Position numbers and translations under genes: made by a program. The notes under the pieces are model-generated. The model was not told the DNA's origin and did no database searches. It worked only from the letters and a program-made list of their open reading frames with translations. 64,000 nucleotides of DNA. It comes from Octopus vulgaris. Taxonomy: Eukaryota. Numbering within the stretch: position 1 is the first letter of the stretch; each line of letters starts with the position of its first letter. Of the stretch, positions 53,068 to 64,000 are shown in pieces. The stretch lies in contig OX597814.1 in assembly GCA_951406725.2 (NCBI GenBank), forward strand, positions 148,056,001 through 148,120,000, read 5' to 3'.

Positions 53068-53936
53068 TCTATGTATATATGTATGTATGAGCCTATGAGG
53101 GAGACCCCTATATGGCAGCTAAACCTGGTAGAAATAGCAGCCAAATTTCCCCCAAATCACACCTTACTGTCTTATCTATGTATATATGTATGTATGAGCC
53201 TATGAGGGAGACCCCTACATGGCAGCTAGACATGGTAGAAATAGCAGCCAAATCTCCCTCAAATCACACCTTACTGTCTTATCTTTCTGCTACTTGGATA
53301 TAGGTGTTATATTCGTCGTAAAAAACTTTCCTGTCACACACTCACGCACACGCACACACACACACACACACACGCACCCTCACACACACACACACGCGCA
53401 CACCCACACACACACACTCACACACACGCACGTTAGCTTACAATTTTATTTATATATTTGCGTGTCTATTTGGAAAGAGGAAGTGGGAGGCAGTGTGAAA
53501 GAATCACTCACTACAGTAAGTCAATTACTTTCATTTTATTCGTTGCCCACTGTGTGTGTGCGTTTGCGTGTGCTGTAAACCAGACTAAGAAAAGCATTTG
53601 ACACACACACTAGAATGTGAGTTTTCTGTAAATTTTGCTTAACTGGAGTTTAAATTTTAAAAACTGGACCTGGCATGACGCGATGCATTGTACTCTTAAA
53701 AATGCAAGGTAAATTGTAATTGAAGAAATCCTATATTGTAGATTTGTATAACTCCCAAAGGGAGGCAGATAAAATCTGCCTTTTATAATAAGAGATATTT
53801 ACTCTAGTATTTCAAGATACTTTATGTAATTCTGGTAAGTATAGCTGTTAAAATAAGATGTCAGTATTACTTTAATTTTTGTGTATTTTAGACGACAATT
53901 ATTAGTCGCTCTCTCTTTCTCTCTCTGTATATATAC

Positions 53937-53988
<52 letters not shown>

Positions 53989-53995
53989 CACACAT

Positions 53996-54043
<48 letters not shown>

Positions 54044-54829
54044 TCACACACACACGCATATATATGTATAGGTGTATATATATGTTTATATAAGTATATA
54101 CATGTGCTGTATTTGTATATGTACATATATATGCTGGATGTATATATATATATATGCATACACGTTCGGAAATAAATATATACACAGATACCAGCACGTT
54201 TGTATTGATATATGAATGTGGGTTTGGGTGTATGTGTGTATGCGAGAGTGATAGAGACTGTGTGCGTGTTTGTGTGTGTGTGTGATAGAGAGATAGAGTG
54301 AGAGGGAGAGAGAATGAACATTATCACTTAAAAGGGCATAACACTGATACTAAAATTAAGGTTATTAAACTGTTAAAATACACATCTTGCGCTCTCAACC
54401 TAGTAGAAGCGTCAATAATGTTCAGAGCTAATGAGGAAGCGATAGCAGCTTTTGAAATGTTGATCGTTCTAGAAAGTCAAGGTATCAGATACAAGACAAA
54501 GTGAAAGTCTAAAGGCACTTATTGACAGGTGTCAAATCAACAAGTCTGTCATGTTTTGCACGGACATTGATTCACTACGAGTCACTGCCCAAGTCTCTTC
54601 TGGAGCACTAGATGTCGTGGGAAAGAGTGGATAAACATTCAAAGAAGTATGTTAACTGATGACATTAAAGAATGAACCAGATACAACATCTTGGTTGATT
54701 GTATGCATCAGGAAACTGTGGGATAATGGTCAGCCGATGCCTTGGCAAAGGGAGGACACCTGGTTGTTCTGATGCATAAAAACACATAGTACAAACATAC
54801 ATGTTATTATATAAATGTATATATATAAA

Positions 54830-55022
54830 TATAGTTAATCCAAACAAGAAAACACAGAAAAAAAGAGAAAAAAACACAGCAACGCGGGGACGTGGAACAA
54901 TTAATGTATTATTGACGCTCAGGAAAGAAGGAAAGGAGGGTTTAACGTTTCGAGCGGAGCTCTTCGTCGGAAACAAGGAGAAGGAAAGATCCCAAGAAGG
55001 GAAGACAGAGGAAAAAATATTT
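54830..55022 (-). mobile_element. pLTR-like family 1, copy 3
   Basis: HHR 54940-54974: gttt-CCGACGA-a-gagc-tcc-gctc-GAAA-CGTT-aaac. Confidence 0.8.
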
Positions 55023-58000
55023 TAGCTGGTGGTGCTCAAGAGATCACATGTTGAAAGAACAGATATATATATATAGGTGTGTATGTGTGTGTGCATAGAT
55101 GCGGTGTGAATGTTTGTTTGTTTCTCCGTATCATTGTCTACAAGTTGAAATAATTTCTTGTCCCCTTGTGATTATCCTACGTGTGACTTGTTCCCTTGAC
55201 AGGAAAAAGAAGCCCAAATATATGATAGACAAAAATTACAGTAGAAAACATTTAAAACAATATGACGGCAGACAAAACAAAACCATAAAGATTAGCAATT
55301 GATTGCATGAACATTTTAACGCTAAGTAACAAATCGCCTATCTTAAATACATGAAAATACTCCCACACACATTGAAGGGTTGTGTATTTTAGCAATGATT
55401 CATTTGAAAAGGACATTGGTACATGAAGTGTTGCGAAGCAGTAATGATATTATTTTAAAAGATTGAAATGACGGCCAGCTGTTGAAAAAGATGCAGTGTA
55501 CTGTGACAGTCTACTATGACTGCTGATTGGCAGTCGGAAGCGGCGTGCCAGGTGAATAAGCCAGAGGCGATAAATGGGAACACTGTGATGCCAAAATAAA
55601 AATATCAGAAAAGGAATCGAATTGAAAGAATCAAAGAGATAGAAACGCATCATTTGAAATCAACTGTTCAGATTTAATTCACAGTTTCTTTACATATATA
55701 CGCTGAGCGAAAAGCGCATGCCTGTTTTGGCATCGGCTGACCATTTACTAAGAACCATTGTGTCAACATGAATTCTATAGCACGTCGCTGGTGCCAAATT
55801 CAACGAATATGAAATAAAATATATTTCAAAAGCATAAGATAATAATACCGTGTATCAGATATGGAGACTGTGCTGCATAAGCCCAATTGCGAGTAGAATT
55901 CACTATTTAGTTGTTTTTACAAAGCATTGTGATTTTTGCAATTTTTCGAAAGAACATATCGGAATGTTGACACAACAAGATCTAGGTTCCTACTTTATAG
56001 ACACATTAATTGTAGTATTCACCTTATTAATAGACGCAACAATTAAAATTATTCAAGCAACTGTTTTACATTGGTGTAGTTTTCTATTTATATAATTTGC
56101 TTTACGTAGAGATTGTTCTATGTGAGACAAGTATTGTGAGCTGTTGATAGGAGACTATAATTACGTCAGTATTTTCGACTGTGTTCGTCTTCGAGAGCAT
56201 CATTTAAGCTACTAGGGAAAATTTGAATAGTTTTTTACTTATATTCTAGCAAATACCTATTCCTTATTAACTATGCTGTCTTCATACTATGATTTTAATT
56301 CTAATTCAGTTCTGCCTTGACTCCAAACAATATACGGCTATCAACACTTCAACCACGTACAAAATACGTTGTTTTGATACCTAATCTCGATATAATATTC
56401 CTTCCACATGCCTCTGCTGTATTTATGATGAATAATTTTCTACCGTTAACTCCAGTTCACCAATAATCACTCTTTTAATATTCTGAAGTACTTGCGAAAG
56501 AGGGAATGACGTTTTGCAACTTGTCACAAATTCACATCAATGGCCCAGTACTGGTAATACCGAAGAAACTCATGTTGTGCCTCACACATTTGCAGAATTA
56601 CTCTTATTTACGCCCTTTGTTGTATGTCCCTTCTCCATATGAACTTCCTAAGGCATCATTGATTCAACAAAGAAGCAGTTTTATCAACTCAGATAATACT
56701 ATAAATTAGTTATCGTGCGATGGATGACAAGCACTGGTATGTTTTCTTCAGATCTTGGATAAAAACTGAGTAATTGCCGAGCCAAATTAAGTCCTCTTGC
56801 TATCCATATTTCATTGATCTCCATTTCTTATTTCTACTAACAAGGGACCGTTAAGATATGCGTGCTTACTTCAATGCTTACGATCACGCATGAAAGAGAT
56901 GTTCTAATCTTATACTCATAGAGTATAATCTAACTCCTGACATAAAAACGACCTTTTTGCTTAGAGTATTAGTATTAAATTGGTAGATATCCCTGTCAGC
57001 AGAGTATTATTTCTGTAAATCACATTTTTCAATTTAAACAAGGTGTTCACGTAGTAACAATATTTAATATGTATCTAGTACGCAACTTGTTCAGACAAAT
57101 ATTACGTTGTGTGAGATTTCATATGTAAGCGACGGCAAATTTATTGATTATACTCTATTATACATACAGGCACATATCCATACATAGGTATTCAGGCATA
57201 CACGTGTGCATGTGTGTGTGTACATGGATCAACACAGTTTGATTCAAATTCGTTGGAACTCTTGAGTTTCAAGCGTGATGCTAGTCATCAGCCATTTTGA
57301 ATTTGAATGACAGAAGTTGATTGTTATTACTGTAACGTGGGCTGTGATTAGTCGAGGACGGTCATGCGGTATCGTGGTTTGATTTTGGCATATGGGTAAT
57401 GGTTAGTTGGAAAATACCGCATGGTGAACAGGCAATTGACCACGTGGAGGACAGGAAATAGACCACGTGGCGACTAGGAAATCGATCAGGTTGTTGGGGA
57501 TATAGGAAGGAGCGGCATGTGCAAATATAGAGTTCTGTATGTGGGTGCGTAGAGGTGCTCATATAGTTTGGCGTGCATGTGGATATTGATGCACATATAT
57601 AAATAAACAAATAAATATAAATACATGTATATGTATGTGTATGTGTATGCATGTATGTATGTATATATGCATGTATGTATGTATGTATGTATATATTTAT
57701 GTATGTATGCATGTTTGCATGTATGTATGTATGTATGTATGTATGTATGTATGTATGTATGTATGTATGTATGTATGTATGTATGTATGTATGTATGTAG
57801 CAATTATTTTACCGGAATGTGTTTTCATAACAAAGTTACAGTTTTGTAGTGATTTGCATAGTCGAAAGAATGATTTCTCTTTATATGATAATATGAACCA
57901 ACAAAAAAAACAACATAAACAAATAAATAAATACTAACAAAAATAGCGTTGCTAGCGAGCAGTAGTAAATACATACTCACAAAGAAACAACCATAAACAC

Positions 58001-58239
58001 AACAATAAACACAAATAAATATGAACAAGTATAGAAAATACAGACTCAAATGAGTAAACTCATTTTAATAAATCCTTCGCATCGATTTCAAATCTATAGA
58101 TAAATACCATTTAGGATGATTGATGACTGTGCGTTAACAAACAAAAGCACCCTAAAAACGAGAACAAACAGGGAGAGAGAAGGATTCACAGAAGAACTTC
58201 AGACAAATAAATATACATATATGTTTGCATATATGTATG

Positions 58240-58305
<66 letters not shown>

Positions 58306-58306
58306 C

Positions 58307-58347
<41 letters not shown>

Positions 58348-58430
58348 AAATACACATTATAAATATAACATATATGTATATATATGCATATATGTATATA
58401 TATATACACACATTATATATATATACACAC

Positions 58431-58465
<35 letters not shown>

Positions 58466-59004
58466 TACAGGTCTACAAACACATGCACAAACGTGAAAAC
58501 AAACATACGCACAGTCACGCATATATATACATACATAGGTGGAAGGATGGATAGATAGATATACACATAGATAGATAGATAGAATACGTGCAGATACATA
58601 CATATATGCTTGTATATGTGTGTATGTGTGAGTGATTGTGTGCGTGCATATGTTTCTTCGTTTGTGTAGTGTTTGTATGAGTGCAAGTGTGTAATTTTAT
58701 GTGTATGAGTATATGAATGTGTGCTTTTGTATGTACGTAAGAGTGGGAAAGGAATGCAAGAGAGAGTTTAATATTTAAACAGAAAAGCGTGTGCAAATAT
58801 TTGAATAATTAAAACATACACTCCTGTAAAGATATAGATATAAATATAAATATATATATATGTGTGTGTGTGTGTGTAAGTATGTATGTATGAAAGTATG
58901 TTTTATGTATGTATAGAGTGATAGCTTAATAGAGAAAGAGGTGGCTTATACATACGCATATTTGCGCGTCTGTGTATCTATCTATATATCTGTCTATCTG
59001 TCTG

Positions 59005-59156
<152 letters not shown>

Positions 59157-59724
59157 TCTATATCTGTCAATCAATCTATCTATCAATCTATATATATACA
59201 TACGTATATTTATGTACGTACATACATTGCACATTTATATTATAGCAAAATATATACATGTGAATACGTATATACTTCCATACACACAAGCACATATTAT
59301 AACTCAAGAAACAAACAATAAGCTGCATATATAAATTAAAGAACAACGCCATCAAGAAAAAAGAATTTAAAATGTAGTCAAATGAAGTAGGAAAGAAAAT
59401 GTCTATAAAATGTAATACAATAATCTCTAATGGAGCATTACTCCAGCAGTTTTGTCTCCAAATTCTTTATTATTTATTACAATATACGCTAGACTACTAC
59501 TTATTTATATATTAGATTGATATATAATTTTTAATTTTTTAGAGGAGGATTTGCATAGAAAACAAGAAGCGTTTTCTAGATAGTATTTTATTTATTGACA
59601 ATATATTGGCACAAAGCGTCTGCATAACAAGAACTGTGAACATTTTGTTTTTCGTTATCAATTTAAATTCCTCTCTTTCTCTCTCTCTCTCTCTCTCTTT
59701 CTTCTGTGTACATATACAATACAT

Positions 59725-59795
<71 letters not shown>

Positions 59796-60549
59796 AACGC
59801 ATTGTACACATGTATGTGCATTTTTATATATGTATATATATATATACGAGATATATATATATATATGTGTGTGTCTGTATATATACATTTATATAACTTT
59901 ATAACTCCTGCATGCACACACATACACGCACACTTACAAGTACACGCACACAAACACATACACACACGTATATATAAGTTTTGATAAGGAAGTCAAACGA
60001 AAGAGTAATAGTTTGAAATCATCTAATATGTACGTTTCTGATCTGCATAATATATAATAGGAAATACATGCATTACTTAAAAACAAACTGTCGAAATGCT
60101 TTAACTGAAGAAGATCATACATACTAGATACATTTCCTATTCTATTTTACAAAGTGCTGATGCATGCGTATTAAATTATTTATAGATATGTAGCTAGATA
60201 GCTAGAAAAATAGGAATAAGAGACAGACAGGGAATAAGAAATTGGGACACATTGAGGGAGGAACGGGTGATTTTACCGACCGTGTGCATCGCTGATTGTT
60301 TAGGATGTCACGCCGTGTAACTAACATCGGGAAAATTACAATATCAAGAGACAAGATCAAGAAAAGATCAAGATTAATTGGATGGAATATCATATCTGTT
60401 GGTGGGTCTGTTGAAAATAAGAGAGGATGCCTCGATAGCAAAATAGGTGGATTAGTGTCACAAAAGCAGGGAAGTATGTCTTTTTCGAAAATTATTGCTG
60501 ACAAGGAGGAGGAGCGACAGCAAAAGGACCGAGAACGAATAGTGGCAAT

Positions 60550-60807
<258 letters not shown>

Positions 60808-60903
60808 TGAGGGAGATAAATTAATATTAATTTTAATATCAATTTAAAACCAGTAGTCCAGCATTCAAAAAATCTGAGGAGTCAGAGAAAATTCAAATAT
60901 ATG

Positions 60904-60981
60904 TGTATATTGGCAGGGCTGGCCTGCTAGGTAGCCGGCCAGATAGCATTCTGGCCGGCTACCTAGCAGCCAGCCCTGCCA

Positions 60982-60988
<7 letters not shown>
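60904..60988. repeat. GC-rich near-perfect hairpin (~39-bp arms, 6-nt loop)
   Basis: tgtatattggcagggctggcctgctaggtagccggccaga-tagcat-tctggccggctacctagcagccagccctgccaatataca. Confidence 0.95.
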
Positions 60989-61012
<24 letters not shown>

Positions 61013-61223
61013 GCAATAATAATTCTCTAAAAGAGATATAGACAGTAACTGCTCGATAACATAAGGGACTAAAGCCATCTGAATATGGCTAGGGACAGGG
61101 CAGGGTGGTGGGGGTGTTACTGTTGCATTTAGCCCCAGGCGAACATCGACGTCACCAGAAAGGCCCGACACCGTCACGGTGTCCTTAACCTGCAAAGGGA
61201 GGTAATTCCCCGATGAAGCGGAA

Positions 61224-61275
61224 ACCACACACGGACCATGGTTTCAAGGTGTATTGCCTATCGTCGGCGTGTGGT
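61224..61275 (-). ncRNA. Type I hammerhead ribozyme, array copy 1
   Basis: Reverse complement of 61991-62042. Confidence 0.78.
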
Positions 61276-61584
61276 AGGCTTCCGCTTCCTCGACGAATTC
61301 TCACTCTGCAGGATATTCATATATAGATTTTCAAGCAAAATACATTTGCTGATTTCGAAAATCTGTTCGAAAGCAATAATAATTCTCTAAAAGAGATATA
61401 GACAGTAACTGCTCGATAACATAAGGGACTAAAGCCATCTGAATATGGCTAGGGACAGGGCAGGGTGGTGGGGGTGTTACTGTTGCATTTAGCCCCAGGC
61501 GAACATCGACGTCACCAGAAAGGCCCGACACCGTCACGGTGTTCTTTAACCTGCAAAGGGAGGTAATTCCCCGATGAAGCGGAA

Positions 61585-61636
61585 ACCACACACGGACCAT
61601 GGTTTCAAGGTGTATTGCCTATCGTCGGCGTGTGGT
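61585..61636 (-). ncRNA. Type I hammerhead ribozyme, array copy 2
   Basis: Reverse complement of 61991-62042. Confidence 0.78.
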
Positions 61637-61990
61637 AGGCTTCCGCTTCCTCGACGAATTCTCACTCTGCAGGATATTCATATATAGATTTTCAAGCAAA
61701 ATACATTTGCTGATTTCGAAACAACCCGTGACGGTGTCGGGCCTTTCTGGTGACGTCGATGTTCGCCTGGGGCTAAATGCAACAGTAACACCCCCACCAC
61801 CCTGCCCTGTCCCTAGCCATATTCAGATGGCTTTAGTCCCTTATGTTATCGAGCAGTTACTGTCTATATCTCTTTTAGAGAATTATTATTGCTTTCGAAC
61901 AGATTTTCGAAATCAGCAAATGTATTTTGCTTGAAAATCTATATATGAATATCCTGCAGAGTGAGGAATTCGTCGAGGAAGCGGAAGCCT

Positions 61991-62042
61991 ACCACACGCC
62001 GACGATAGGCAATACACCTTGAAACCATGGTCCGTGTGTGGT
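61991..62042 (+). ncRNA. Type I hammerhead ribozyme, array copy 3
   Basis: accacacg-CCGACGA-t-agg-caataca-cct-t-GAA-ACCATGGT-C-cgtgtgtggt; predicted cleavage after GUC at 62032. Confidence 0.78.
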
Positions 62043-62350
62043 TTCCGCTTCATCGGGGAATTACCTCCCTTTGCAGGTTAAGGACACCGTGACGGTGTCG
62101 GGCCTTTCTGGTGACGTCGATGTTCGCCTGGGGCTAAATGCAACAGTAACACCCCCACCACCCTGCCCTGTCCCTAGCCATATTCAGATGGCTTTAGTCC
62201 CTTATGTTATCGAACAGTTACTGTCTATATCTCTTTTAGAGAATTATTATTGCTTTCGAACAGATTTTCGAAATCAGCAAATGTATTTTGCTTGAAAATC
62301 TATATATGAATATCCTGCAGAGTGAGAATTCGTCGAGGAAGCGGAAGCCT

Positions 62351-62402
62351 ACCACACGCCGACGATAGGCAATACACCTTGAAACCATGGTCCGTGTGTG
62401 GT
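62351..62402 (+). ncRNA. Type I hammerhead ribozyme, array copy 4
   Basis: Identical to copy 3; predicted cleavage after 62392. Confidence 0.78.
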
Positions 62403-62562
62403 TTCCGCTTCATCGGGGAATTACCTCCCTTTGCAGGTTAAGGACACCGTGACGGTGTCGGGCCTTTCTGGTGACGTCGATGTTCGCCTGGGGCTAAATG
62501 CAACAGTAACACCCCCACCACCCTGCCCTGTCCCTAGCCATATTCAGATGGCTTTACTTATG

Positions 62563-62600
<38 letters not shown>

Positions 62601-62609
62601 GTGTGTATG

Positions 62610-62847
62610 TGTGTGCGTTTTTCTGTGTATGTACTTGTGTGTATATATGTTTGTCCCCCACAATCGTTTGATAATCGATTTTTGCGTGTCTACGCCCCCG
62701 TAACTTAGCAGTTTGATAAAAGTGTGCGACAAAATATTACTAGGCCTACAAAGAAGTCATGGGGTTGATTTGTTCGATTGAAAGGCGGTGCTCCAGCTTG
62801 GCCGCGGTCAAATAACTCAAGCAAATAATAGAAATGAATAAAAGAAC
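62610..62847 (+). mobile_element. SINE family A, 3' half
   Basis: tgtttgtcccc...cccgtaacttagc...aaaggcggtgctccagcttggccgcggtcaaa. Confidence 0.82.
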
Positions 62848-62901
62848 ATATACATACATACATACATGTATAGAAACATACCTACATGCATACATACACA
62901 C

Positions 62902-62951
<50 letters not shown>

Positions 62952-63042
62952 GTACTGGTGACTTCAATGTTTGACATCCTTTGAAGGATTTCGATCCTCA
63001 CCTCTTTTATACATATATATATATGTATATATACATATACAC

Positions 63043-63110
<68 letters not shown>

Positions 63111-64000
63111 TGCGTCTAATATACGATAGTTACGAAATTTATGAGAATTAACGAATTATGAAAATTATTTTGTGCATATGCTACTGTCCTTGAAAATTTG
63201 CCATTCCTCCTCTCATATTTTGCCGCAGTACTAAATGTACCTGCTTTCTTGTAAAATTCCAATTGCATTTCTAGAGAAGGAACGTATTTGTCCATTGATG
63301 TTAGTGTCTAGCGAATTTCACTCGTTAATTGCAAACACTACATATTTGACGCGTAATTTGCACAGATAATAATGATCTTCTTCAACATTCAATTCGTGAC
63401 AAATTTAGTCACTTGTTAAATGTATTTAAGTGATTAATGTTGTCGTAGCTGTGGATGTTCAGACACATCTTGGTCTCGATCGAATAAAATTGACGACGAA
63501 AGATGTCCCTAATTGAACCGTACTGTTTTTGCATCACTCACAGAACACCGTGGGCGATATTACGGAAGATGTCAATAATCTATATGATACTGTGTGACTT
63601 TTAGGATTTGTTTACTACATTTTGCAGGTTGAACAACTTCACACAGCGTTTTTCCGAAATAGTCCATATATCTTGGTTTTTGAATGAAAGGTATAAATTT
63701 AAGAGGGAGTTTGTAACTCCATTTGCCTCGATTCTAAATATATCTTGTGATAAGTAAGACGGCAGAAAGGTTGTGACAACAGAGTTTGCGATTGCAGAAA
63801 CAGACAAAGGATTTAATCTCCGAAAGCAAGTAAGTCAAACAATGCACAAATATTTAAACAGCATAAGAAGCCCTGTCGCCACTCACTCGGTGCTTTTTCG
63901 CAAATTTTTTGGCAACTCAACTTACATGAATATTGTAGTAACTTCGATCAGATCTCGGTAAAACACGAATTCAGGAATTTACCATTAAAAAGAAAATCTG

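Larger units (their letters stand above)
50918..53795 (-). mobile_element. Composite non-autonomous Helitron (2878 bp)
   Basis: Minus strand begins A|TCTCTTATTATAAAAGG (53795) and ends cccgagcaacgccggg-cgatactgCTAG|T (50918); no TSD; flanks rejoin as mariner ...ttgaata|tatttactct. Confidence 0.85.
49381..53910 (+). mobile_element. Mariner-like (maT/DD37D-like) element interrupted by a SINE and a Helitron
   Basis: Broken ORF 49941-50917 (MTQFSLPEIWKRQA..., GVITSDGDVMPPFIFP, PPNSPDCNPFEYYV); TIR-like aaattgtcgcc (49390) and gacgacaatt (53891); sequence resumes at 53796. Confidence 0.8.
61012..62566. mobile_element. Inverted tandem array of a 360-bp HHR-containing unit (candidate non-LTR retrozyme)
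   Basis: ~2 units on the minus strand (61012-61721), 4-nt linker, ~2.3 units on the plus strand (61726-62566); period 360-361; units almost identical. Confidence 0.85.

Noticed and set aside
61209-61230. Second HHR on the opposite strand of the unit (CCGATGA-agcg-GAAAC)
   Set aside because: No room for stem II between the core and GAAA; it is the complement of the stem I extension
61012-62566. Repeated 85-111 aa ORFs (VTVSGLSGDVDVRLGLN...) and a possible CRISPR-like array
   Set aside because: ORFs only mirror the repeat unit and vary with 1-nt indels; there are no unique spacers or cas genes

Overview
AT-rich, microsatellite-saturated animal genomic DNA; the SINE families and repeat landscape suggest an octopus/cephalopod (inference). 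There is one host gene: an intron-free coding exon for a protostome-type, multiple-cysteine-cluster Toll-like receptor (7.7-12.1 kb, +). The rest is decayed SINEs, LINE fragments (R4/Dong-, HERO- and CR1-like), Tc1/mariner relics and Helitrons. The main discovery is a set of hammerhead-ribozyme (HHR) elements. A near-identical 360-bp tandem repeat (61012-62566) carries one type I HHR per unit (GUC site, palindromic stem III) and is arranged as two head-to-head arrays inside the (TA)n tract of a SINE, making it a candidate retrozyme. Four other HHR-bearing repeat families occur, one with a G3:C8 swapped core and one with a long stem II. Three families share the same diverging inverted geometry typical of Penelope-like retroposition. 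A 2.9-kb composite Helitron that captured one of these ribozymes splits a mariner element at a clean A|T site. All RNA structures were paired by eye; activity is untested.
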